From positions 3,472 to 67,471 of the forward strand of contig CAYOWH010000002.1 in NCBI GenBank assembly GCA_964407615.1: a stretch of DNA of 64,000 nt. The letters are read 5' to 3'. A program made the translations under genes and the position numbers. Every line of letters begins with the position of its first letter. Position 1 is the stretch's first letter. The stretch is from an uncultured Bacteriovoracaceae bacterium (GTDB taxonomy: Bacteria; Bdellovibrionota; UBA2428). A model generated the notes under the pieces. The model did not search any database. It was not told the origin of the DNA and saw nothing but the letters and a program-made list of their open reading frames with translations. Shown here piece after piece: positions 50,436-58,425 of this stretch.

Positions 50436-50798
50436 TCAAAAACCCTCACTCTTTCCACCAGTTAATACTAATTTTGTAACAGCTGATGATAAAGCATCCG
50501 CTTGTAACTGACTGTTTGCCTGAAATATACATACCGGAACTTCATTCATATCATACCCTATAATCATAAAACATTTTAAAAATTCTTGATTCATAGCGAC
50601 CAATGAAGACATTTCTATATCTTTCATGTTGCTATTTTCCCTTTCCAACATGTCTTGCATTATAACCCTAGACAATAATTTTTTAATTTCATCAGATTGA
50701 TTTTTTTCAGACGTTGGATTTAAATTGCCCTTTTTAAGAGGTTGTTTAGGCTTCCTCTTTTTAGGAATTTTTTGAGGTTTTTCTGATTCATTATCCAT
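50436..50798 (-). CDS. hypothetical protein (120 aa), Lys-rich N-terminus
   Basis: ATG ORF overlapping the upstream gene by 8 nt. Confidence 0.4.
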   Translation of the reverse strand: MDNESEKPQKIPKKRKPKQPLKKGNLNPTSEKNQSDEIKKLLSRVIMQDMLERENSNMKDIEMSSLVAMNQEFLKCFMIIGYDMNEVPVCIFQANSQLQADALSSAVTKLVLTGGKSEGF

Positions 50799-51147
50799 TT
50801 AATTTTTCTTTCTTTTTATAAAAAGGACTATTCTCTGAAATAGTCGGAATTCCCTTATCAATTAATGTTTGAACTATAACTTCAATAGACTCAGTATTAA
50901 TTGAAAAATTTTTAGGAAAATAATTCCCACCATCATTAAATTCAAACATTATATCATTATTAAAATCTTTATTATTATAACATGTTACAAAAATAGAGGT
51001 ATTTCCCGGATCAATTAATACAGTCCATCTTCTAAAATCTTGAATTCCATAATTTTGAAAAACTCTCAAAACTCCGAATTTATTATCTTTTAATCTTTTA
51101 ATAAAGTACCCCGGAGTTTTAATTTTATTCTGTTGCCTCTTATTCAT
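50791..51147 (-). CDS. hypothetical protein (118 aa)
   Basis: ATG ORF immediately after the sliding clamp gene. Confidence 0.4.
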   Translation of the reverse strand: MNKRQQNKIKTPGYFIKRLKDNKFGVLRVFQNYGIQDFRRWTVLIDPGNTSIFVTCYNNKDFNNDIMFEFNDGGNYFPKNFSINTESIEVIVQTLIDKGIPTISENSPFYKKKEKLNG

Positions 51148-51152
51148 AATAA

Positions 51153-51887
51153 TTAATTAACTAAAGCAGTAGATACGTATTTCACTATGTAGTTATCACG
51201 ACTAACATCAAATTCAATTATTTCATTTTTAGTATTTAATGAAACTAATACATCTTTCTTATCATAAGATGAAATGACTCTAAATGGCTCAAATGAAAAT
51301 GAAATCCAATCTTTAATCTCAGAACCATTAAATGAATCGGCTATTACAATCTTATAAGAATCTATATTTCTCTTACTTCTATCATTTAGTTCAGAAATAA
51401 TCTCTCCATTTTCCGTTTTAATATATATCTTATTACTATCAGAAAGAGTCAAACTGCATTGAATTAATGTTTTCAAAACATCTGATTTGATTACAAATTT
51501 ATTATCGTAAACACAATTTAATAATTTATCTTCTTTAAAAGAAGGTATTTTTATTTTCCGCTCTTCCGTAAGAATATGGATAAAAGATAATATATTTCTA
51601 TTATAACAAATGCTATTTTTCGTTATAGCCAATTCAAATGTTTGATCTGGAATTTGTTTCAGCTTTGATATTAAAATTCTAACATCTTTGATTCCTAATT
51701 TATTATCATCAAAATCCCCAACTACATCATTGGTGGAACAATAAATCATATTTTTAGATACATCACCATTTACAAAAGTGTGTACCTTATTATTACCTAA
51801 AAATAATACACAAATATTTGATATCTTTGTTATAGGTAATAAAAAATTCTGTATGAAATTATCACGATTCAGTATCTTCAGCTTCAT
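51153..51887 (-). CDS. sliding clamp, T4 gp45-like
   Basis: MKLKILNRDNFIQNFLLPITKISN matches T4 gp45 MKLSKDTTALLKNFATINSGIML. Size 244 aa (T4 228 aa). Inside the replication gene block. Confidence 0.6.
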   Translation of the reverse strand: MKLKILNRDNFIQNFLLPITKISNICVLFLGNNKVHTFVNGDVSKNMIYCSTNDVVGDFDDNKLGIKDVRILISKLKQIPDQTFELAITKNSICYNRNILSFIHILTEERKIKIPSFKEDKLLNCVYDNKFVIKSDVLKTLIQCSLTLSDSNKIYIKTENGEIISELNDRSKRNIDSYKIVIADSFNGSEIKDWISFSFEPFRVISSYDKKDVLVSLNTKNEIIEFDVSRDNYIVKYVSTALVN

Positions 51888-52302
51888 ATTGAATATACTC
51901 TAACAGCTGAGATAGTTTTTTGTCAATATTATTAATTTTACCACACAAATCATCTATTTTCTTTTCTAAATTTAAACTTATCTTACTGTTATTGAAATCA
52001 AATTCCATCTGATTTGGATCGTTTGGAGCAGGTGGCAGAGGGCTTATTCCACGGTCTATATAAGCCATTTGCTGCGGGGGTTGATGATATTGTAATGCAG
52101 GCTGCTGAACGGGTGATTGTTTTGGAATTGCTGGAGTTAAAACTGATTCAGCAATAGCCTTAAATTTTTCTTTTCTAGAATCTAAATGTTGATTAGTGGA
52201 TATTAAACTTTGATCGTATTTGCATATATCACTATAAGTTTGACCTACAAAAATTGTCAAAGCTTCCATAGTTTCTTTATCCATCATATTATCATGGCTC
52301 AT
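51862..52302 (-). CDS. hypothetical protein (146 aa), Pro/Gln-rich centre
   Basis: ATG ORF between the gp32 terminator and the clamp gene. Overlaps the clamp gene by 26 nt. Confidence 0.4.
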   Translation of the reverse strand: MSHDNMMDKETMEALTIFVGQTYSDICKYDQSLISTNQHLDSRKEKFKAIAESVLTPAIPKQSPVQQPALQYHQPPQQMAYIDRGISPLPPAPNDPNQMEFDFNNSKISLNLEKKIDDLCGKINNIDKKLSQLLEYIQYEAEDTES

Positions 52303-52310
52303 ACATTATA

Positions 52311-52344
52311 TACAAAAAACCCCTAACTTTTCAAGTTAGGGGTT
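52311..52344 (-). terminator. rho-independent terminator downstream of the gp32-like gene
   Basis: Minus strand: AACCCCTAACTTgaaAAGTTAGGGGTTTTTTTGTA. 10-12-bp stem, 3-nt loop, T-run. Confidence 0.75.
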
Positions 52345-52368
52345 AATTTGCTAAACTAAAAATTTAGT

Positions 52369-53253
52369 TTAATCTTCTTGCAGTAACCTTTCAATATCAT
52401 CATCATCCAAAACGTTTGAAATTTTAGATGCCACGGCAGCAGATGGCTTCCTTACAGTTTCCTTAACAGGCTTCGATTCCACAAAGTCATCAACTACAAC
52501 ATCATCTTCATCATCATTAAAATTAACCAAATCAGATCCACCTCTAACTTTTGTATTAGAGTCCACAATTTCTTGAATTTCCTCTTTGGATAAGATCTTA
52601 TTCAGAGTAGTCAAATCATAAATTGAATCATGAATAGTTTCAATCTCATCTTTAGACAATTTTAAATCAATAGGAGAAGTAAATCGAGATCCGTCAAATA
52701 CTTGATATGTGCCTTGCTTCTCAACTTTTAATTTAAAATTAACACCATTTGGACTGAGATCGAAAACTCTTGGACCATAATCTTCTTCATCTTCTCCACA
52801 AATTGCAGACTGAATTTGTTTAGCGAGCTTTCTTCCAAATTTGAAAATACGAACAGTTCCATTATTTTCAGGATTAGATGGATCATCTACAACATATACA
52901 TTAGCCAATGTATACTCATTCCATTTAATCATGTTGGCAAACTCTCCCTCCTCAGGAGTAAACTTTCCACCCTTTTTAACCCTATAACAAAGCGAACCGA
53001 TAGGATCCACTTCTTCAGAATTAATAGTCTTCCGAGATAGAACACATGTGAATTTTCCAGTTGCAGGATCATTCCAAGAATGCTGTTGATAAGTGTACAA
53101 TGAAACTCCTCCCTTAGTATTCGGAATGAATCTAAGAGTATAAGTCTTACCGACTTCGAACTTTAGAACTTTACTCCAAAGTCCTGAATCAGCACTTTTA
53201 CTGAGACTGCTTTTAATGGATTCGAATATAGTTTTGTTGTATGATGTAGTCAT
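52369..53253 (-). CDS. single-stranded DNA-binding protein, T4 gp32-like
   Basis: [21 protein letters not shown] matches T4 [56 protein letters not shown] matches T4 [34 protein letters not shown]. Acidic C-terminal tail. Confidence 0.85.
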   Translation of the reverse strand: [294 protein letters not shown]

Positions 53254-53271
53254 ATTATATGTAGTAGTTGT

Positions 53272-53901
53272 TTAGTTGTGTTGTTTTTTTATCCAAGCTT
53301 CCAATACTCTACGAGCATTTAAAGAAGCATTTACCTTTCGGTAAAGTTCATTAATATTGTCATATACATTACTGGAAAACAAGAAATTTTTTTCATCTGG
53401 GGAAATTTTTTCAAAAGATTCTCTAGCTTTTGGTAAAAAGAAAATTACGTACAAAGGATATATAAAATTTTTTAAATGTAAAATAAATGTCGGATACAAT
53501 CCTGTCATGTGATTAGAATAATCTAACACACTAATATTATTTTTCAAACAAAAATCTTCAATAAATTTTATACCATTTACTATTCTATCTAATATAGAAT
53601 CTGGATCGGACTCCATAATTTTCTTTATATATAAAGAATATATAGACATCGCCTTTTGACTGCAATAAAATTTTAAATCAAAAACTTCATTCTCCCCATA
53701 TATCTTATACGGTGCATCTAAAAAGTCTGTATATCTTATATAAGGATTAGATATAAATAAACTTTCAAGTTTTAATAAACACAGCTTTGCCGAATCACTT
53801 AAGTCGTTGAAGTTTTTTCTTATTTGATAAGGCTGCTTTTTTGCGAGCCTTAATCTCTTTAGCTGTTCGTTGTATATCTTCTTTTGGAACTCCGTACACA
53901 T
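53272..53901 (-). CDS. hypothetical protein (209 aa) at the T4 gene-59 position
   Basis: ATG ORF between helicase and gp32. Its first about 35 codons overlap the 129-aa ORF in another frame. Confidence 0.45.
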   Translation of the reverse strand: MCTEFQKKIYNEQLKRLRLAKKQPYQIRKNFNDLSDSAKLCLLKLESLFISNPYIRYTDFLDAPYKIYGENEVFDLKFYCSQKAMSIYSLYIKKIMESDPDSILDRIVNGIKFIEDFCLKNNISVLDYSNHMTGLYPTFILHLKNFIYPLYVIFFLPKARESFEKISPDEKNFLFSSNVYDNINELYRKVNASLNARRVLEAWIKKQHN

Positions 53902-54184
53902 TTAATTTTAATTTCAGTCCTTCTTTTGAGTTTAAAAATTTTGAAATGTATTTGCTTTTTGATAGCGAAGAATCAAATCTTAAAAAATATCTAAAAATTT
54001 GAAGATCTGTATCTACATCTAATGATAACTTTAAAAGATCTCTATAATTAGGATTTTTTAAAACCAACAAAAATATATTAGCAATATTAAGCTTCTTACC
54101 ATGCAAAATACAAATAAAACTACAGAATTTTAAAAAATTATCTTCTATTTTAAATTCATCAAATTCTGATCTATCTAAATTCAC
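53795..54184 (-). CDS. hypothetical protein (129 aa, GTG start), possibly N-terminal part of a gp59-like helicase loader
   Basis: Only GTG is available as a start. IANIFLLVLKNPNYRD...DVDTDLQIFRYFLRF loosely resembles T4 gp59 LALIFISNLVANQDAW...DADALVFYREYIGRL. Confidence 0.3.
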   Translation of the reverse strand: MNLDRSEFDEFKIEDNFLKFCSFICILHGKKLNIANIFLLVLKNPNYRDLLKLSLDVDTDLQIFRYFLRFDSSLSKSKYISKFLNSKEGLKLKLNVYGVPKEDIQRTAKEIKARKKAALSNKKKLQRLK

Positions 54185-54199
54185 AAATCTATTTATATA

Positions 54200-55531
54200 C
54201 TAATTATCATCATTCAATACCCTATCAGCATTTTCTATTTCCTGATTTACTTCATCATTCAAAGAATCGTCTTCATAGATACTCAAAGTAGCATAATCAA
54301 TTCCAAAAATATTTGTACCAGAATTAACGCCCCATCGATTCTTCATCAATCCAAAACGTAATCTATTATTCATATTATCACCTTCTTGTTGATATACACT
54401 CGAAATAAAATCAGCAGTTGCGGCTAGACCAATAGATTCCGAAATAGTAGTCAAATCTGGATCTTCAGTGTCAAATCCAGCTCTAGTTAATTGCGTAGCT
54501 GTAATGAACGGACACGAAAATGTATAAGTCAAAGCTCTAATTTGTTCCGTAATATATTTTATCTTTTCATACGAATTATTACCAACATTTGTGGTAAGCA
54601 AATTGATATAGTCCAATACTACAGCATCAAATGCAATCCCCCTATTTTGTAATGATTTAAGAAAACCTTCCAAAGATCTTGGAGTCATTGTACTTGGAGC
54701 AAATTCTTTAATAATAATTTTGGAATTAACGTTTTTACTAGCATATACATTAATTTTACTAACAACATCATCACTACTATCAGCCAAATTTCTAATTGGT
54801 ATTTTAGTCAGCGTAGAAGCCAATCTCCTAGCATAAATCATTTCAGACATCTCCAATGAAATTAAAACAATAGTCCTACCAGAGTTGGACATGTTAACAG
54901 CCAAATTTCCCAACACAATACTTTTACCCACATTAGTCTGTCCCGCAAAAATATACAATGCTTTACCTTCAGATCTAAATCCACCATCTATTTTATTGTC
55001 CAACCAATTCCATCCAGAAGGTATTACAGGATCATTCCGATTCAAATCCCTAGCAACTTTTCTAATGTCCGTAAAAAGATCTAGGCCGATATCTGTGATA
55101 AGATTAATTGTGCAATTCTTCTCAAACTTATCCAGAATTTCAGATGTATCCAATGTTTTGTCATCCTTAATATCATTCGCAATCGACATTAAAGTTCCAT
55201 GAAGTGCGCGTTCTTTTAAGAATCTTTCGGTGTTTTCAATTAGCTCCTTTCTATTGAAAGTAACATCTTTAAAAGATTTAAATTCTGTCAAAACATTCCT
55301 GAAATGATCAACTTCTTCGCTTGTATTTAAAAGATTTTTAATTTCAATCGGACTAGGAATAGAATTTCTCTTTTCATAAAAATTCTTAACTATATTAAAT
55401 ATAAAACTTCTACTCTTAGATTGAAAGAATTCTAATTTGGTAAATGGAATAACTAAAGAAAGATATTCCGAATCTGACATTGAATTATACAAAAAAGATT
55501 TTTCAAATTCATCCAAATTTAATTTTGACAT
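54200..55531 (-). CDS. replicative DNA helicase, T4 gp41-like (DnaB family)
   Basis: Walker A FAGQTNVGKS. DnaB-like C-terminal RecA fold (VVLDYINLLT, FITATQLTRAG). 443 aa. Confidence 0.75.
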   Translation of the reverse strand: MSKLNLDEFEKSFLYNSMSDSEYLSLVIPFTKLEFFQSKSRSFIFNIVKNFYEKRNSIPSPIEIKNLLNTSEEVDHFRNVLTEFKSFKDVTFNRKELIENTERFLKERALHGTLMSIANDIKDDKTLDTSEILDKFEKNCTINLITDIGLDLFTDIRKVARDLNRNDPVIPSGWNWLDNKIDGGFRSEGKALYIFAGQTNVGKSIVLGNLAVNMSNSGRTIVLISLEMSEMIYARRLASTLTKIPIRNLADSSDDVVSKINVYASKNVNSKIIIKEFAPSTMTPRSLEGFLKSLQNRGIAFDAVVLDYINLLTTNVGNNSYEKIKYITEQIRALTYTFSCPFITATQLTRAGFDTEDPDLTTISESIGLAATADFISSVYQQEGDNMNNRLRFGLMKNRWGVNSGTNIFGIDYATLSIYEDDSLNDEVNQEIENADRVLNDDN

Positions 55532-55545
55532 AAACTGAGCATATA

Positions 55546-56241
55546 CTACGAACCATATTCACGCAAGAATTTTTGATTGCTTTCCTTCCATGATTTATCA
55601 TCCAACGATCTCAATCCGGGAGACAAATGTATTATATGTATTGGATACACTCCTATTTTTAATTTTAATTTATTAGCATCCAAACAGCTAGCAATGTCAT
55701 AATGGTGGAATGAATAATTCTCATTAAATTTCCATCCAACTTCTATTATTTTTTTGAGATTAATTGCTAAAAATACTCCATCTGCTATAGCTACTCTAGA
55801 AGGTGTAGGACCAAATGCAGTATAATATATTTGTTTTTCATTAACTGGATGCTGTACTTGGCCTCTTTGGTCCTTCTTTTCAGTCATGATATGCCACAAT
55901 GATGGAAATTTTATTTTAGGATTCAGTCCTCCGGCCAAACCTATTATATCATAATTGCATTCATCTACAGCTTTTTGCAATTTTTCAACCAATTTTCTAT
56001 CATCTAAATATACATCATCATGAACAAAAACTAAAAAATCATAATTTTTATTTTTATAATATTCTATACATCTATTGTAAACTTTAGACAAAGATTCTTT
56101 ATTTTCCCATATAATATCCAAAACAACATTATTTGAAAAATTACAATCTTCGAATGATCTATATATCATTAAAGATTTGGCTTCCGATTGTTTCTTCTGT
56201 GTGCAGGATATAATTGCAACTTTAGAAGTAATTAAATTCAT
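55546..56241 (-). CDS. putative GT-A-type glycosyltransferase (231 aa, DxD-like motif)
   Basis: DFLVFVHDDVYLDD and IIGLAGG in a Rossmann-like alternation. No other diagnostic motif. Confidence 0.3.
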   Translation of the reverse strand: MNLITSKVAIISCTQKKQSEAKSLMIYRSFEDCNFSNNVVLDIIWENKESLSKVYNRCIEYYKNKNYDFLVFVHDDVYLDDRKLVEKLQKAVDECNYDIIGLAGGLNPKIKFPSLWHIMTEKKDQRGQVQHPVNEKQIYYTAFGPTPSRVAIADGVFLAINLKKIIEVGWKFNENYSFHHYDIASCLDANKLKLKIGVYPIHIIHLSPGLRSLDDKSWKESNQKFLREYGS

Positions 56242-56294
56242 TTATAAACTTAATTAAATAATCAAAAAAGTCAATCTGATTACTTTTAAGTGAA

Positions 56295-56834
56295 ATGATA
56301 AATATGTATATGAGTGATATTTTAAAACGTCCCGGATTTAATTATTGGTTGCAAGAAAAAGCTGGAAGAAAATATGGAAAAAAATTAAATTCAGCTATAA
56401 GCGAACTTGTAGATCGAAATTCTTTAGGATCAAATCCAGCACAAAAAATACAAAGAATAGCAAATTCTTTGTATAAACATTACGCAGATAAATCTTTCTC
56501 AAATTCTGAAATAATAGAATTTATAAAAACAAATATACCATCAGTAAAATTAAAATTAGATTCTCCCGACGCTTCAAATGAAATGGTATATACAGCAGAC
56601 AACAAATGGAATTCTGTTTACGTTGAACCAAATTCAGAAGAAATTCAACCACAAACTAACCATTATATCGACAATACAACTAATGTAGTTCCAGAAGAAG
56701 AGCATCAAGAACCGATAGCAATAAATCAAGAAAGCAAGAAATTATCGAAATCGGAACAAGATGCTCTTCTAAAGGAAGAATATTTAAAAAGAATGAGACA
56801 TTATTATAAAATGGAAGAATTATTCCGACGCTAA
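56295..56834 (+). CDS. hypothetical protein (179 aa), plus-strand island gene
   Basis: ATG ORF. 3' end overlaps the UvsX 3' end by 15 nt. Confidence 0.45.
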   Translation: MINMYMSDILKRPGFNYWLQEKAGRKYGKKLNSAISELVDRNSLGSNPAQKIQRIANSLYKHYADKSFSNSEIIEFIKTNIPSVKLKLDSPDASNEMVYTADNKWNSVYVEPNSEEIQPQTNHYIDNTTNVVPEEEHQEPIAINQESKKLSKSEQDALLKEEYLKRMRHYYKMEELFRR

Positions 56835-57920
56835 TTCTTCAATAGGATAATCATCCTCTTTATTTCCCATCTTCCATTCTACATCTATTTTAGCTTGAAT
56901 TAATGGAATTACTTTATCTTCCCAAAAAGCATAATCTTTGATAAAAGATTTTGCATAACCTAATTTTACATCTCCCATAGTATATGTGGGTCCGTTAACT
57001 TGAATAATACCCAAACCAACTGCCAAGTCCAACAAACCATAATATTTGTTAACGCCAGTATCAAATGATACATAAACCTCACCTTCCAAGTATTGTTTAA
57101 TGAAACGATTTTTAGCGGTTAATGCTCTCAAAATCAAACCCACATAATTTCTTTGGAGAGCAGCTAACTTCCCAGTCTCGCCCTTCAATGCGTCATCCTT
57201 AACTGGCTTTCTAGAAAGTTGAATGCCAACGCTAGGCAAATAAACGCAAGACTTACCACCGGGCATATTTTTAATAAGAGTGGGATGAAGTTCTCCCGGA
57301 TTATCATATAAATGATTAGTCGCAATAATTGCAGTCTTAGTTAATGCGCCTAACTGAACCGCATTCAATAAAAGTGTCCTGATTGCCCTAGCTCTAGTTC
57401 CCATGTCCATGCTATGAGAATCTTTTTCCAAACGAGACATTTCCATTTGAGATTGCAAGTTTCCAAGAGAATCAATCGCCACAATAAACTTCCCATACAA
57501 CTGCTTTTCATTCACAGCAGTAAGAAATTTAAACAAATCATTACGACATTGTTCCACACTAAACACAGGAACGTATTTAACTTTAGAAATATCCAAACCC
57601 AATCGAGCAGCCCCATCAGGATCAATAGCATTTTCAGTATCAAAAATAACAGGAGTGACACCCTGCTTCTGAGCATTCGCCAAAATCTTTTGGACAAATA
57701 AACTTTTTCCACACATAGATTCAGAATACAACATAGTAAGCCTCCCATTAGGGATTCCGCCATCTTTTATTTTACCACTAATAATGGCATTCAATACATA
57801 TGAACCTGTATCATACCATTTATCAACAGTTGATAAAGTAGATTCATTTAGAAAACATGCATGTGGATTGTTTTCACTTAAAATATCTAAGACTTTTGAG
57901 ATTTCTTTATTTTCGCTCAT
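56820..57920 (-). CDS. uvsX: recombinase, T4 UvsX-like (RecA family)
   Basis: Walker A YSESMCGKS. FIVAIDSLGNLQSQME matches T4 VVVFIDSLGNLASKKE. GTRARAIRTLLLNAV matches MTRAKTMKSLFRIV. IATNHLYD matches IAINHTYE. Confidence 0.85.
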   Translation of the reverse strand: MSENKEISKVLDILSENNPHACFLNESTLSTVDKWYDTGSYVLNAIISGKIKDGGIPNGRLTMLYSESMCGKSLFVQKILANAQKQGVTPVIFDTENAIDPDGAARLGLDISKVKYVPVFSVEQCRNDLFKFLTAVNEKQLYGKFIVAIDSLGNLQSQMEMSRLEKDSHSMDMGTRARAIRTLLLNAVQLGALTKTAIIATNHLYDNPGELHPTLIKNMPGGKSCVYLPSVGIQLSRKPVKDDALKGETGKLAALQRNYVGLILRALTAKNRFIKQYLEGEVYVSFDTGVNKYYGLLDLAVGLGIIQVNGPTYTMGDVKLGYAKSFIKDYAFWEDKVIPLIQAKIDVEWKMGNKEDDYPIEELASE

Positions 57921-57938
57921 ATGAAAACATTAACACAT

Positions 57939-57944
57939 ATTATA
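57939..57944 (-). promoter_or_regulatory. -10-like TATAAT 18 nt upstream of the uvsX ATG, just after the terminator T-run
   Basis: Minus strand: tttttttgtgttgactttgaTATAATatgtgttaatgttttcatATG. No Shine-Dalgarno. Confidence 0.3.
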
Positions 57945-57951
57945 TCAAAGT

Positions 57952-57989
57952 CAACACAAAAAAACAGAGGAGGGAATGCCTCCTCTGTT
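57952..57989 (-). terminator. rho-independent terminator between the 122-aa gene and uvsX
   Basis: AACAGAGGAGGcattcCCTCCTCTGTT (11-bp stem, 5-nt loop) followed on the minus strand by TTTTTTTGTG. Confidence 0.7.
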
Positions 57990-58017
57990 TTCACAATCAC
58001 CCAATGTCTAACAAAAT

Positions 58018-58386
58018 TTATTCGTCAAATAACTTAATTACTGATTCGGAATCACCCTTTGGTTGAGGTTCCTGCAAAGACACTCCACCAAAACTAGAAA
58101 CAATACGATTGTATTGATCAACTAATCTCGGATCTAATTCGAAATCATCCGGAAGTACTACAGTATTCAATGGATAGCTCCAAACAGTACCCTCAGTCCT
58201 AGAACTTCCTGCTAAAAATTCAGGCAAAAATAATGGAATAATTTGCACTTGCAATTGTCCATTATCAGCTTGAGCAATATTAATTACTGTAGGATTTTTA
58301 ATCTTTAAAACAGAATCGGTTTGTTCAACCAATTCGCCCAATACGTTTCTACCAATATTATCAATGAATGTTAGTTTTTTACTCAT
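58018..58386 (-). CDS. hypothetical protein (122 aa) at the position of T4 regA. No similarity to RegA seen.
   Basis: ATG ORF immediately downstream of the DNA polymerase and followed by a terminator. Confidence 0.45.
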   Translation of the reverse strand: MSKKLTFIDNIGRNVLGELVEQTDSVLKIKNPTVINIAQADNGQLQVQIIPLFLPEFLAGSSRTEGTVWSYPLNTVVLPDDFELDPRLVDQYNRIVSSFGGVSLQEPQPKGDSESVIKLFDE

Positions 58387-58425
58387 ACATCAGTAATTAT
58401 AAGATGTATGATATATATCAATAGA

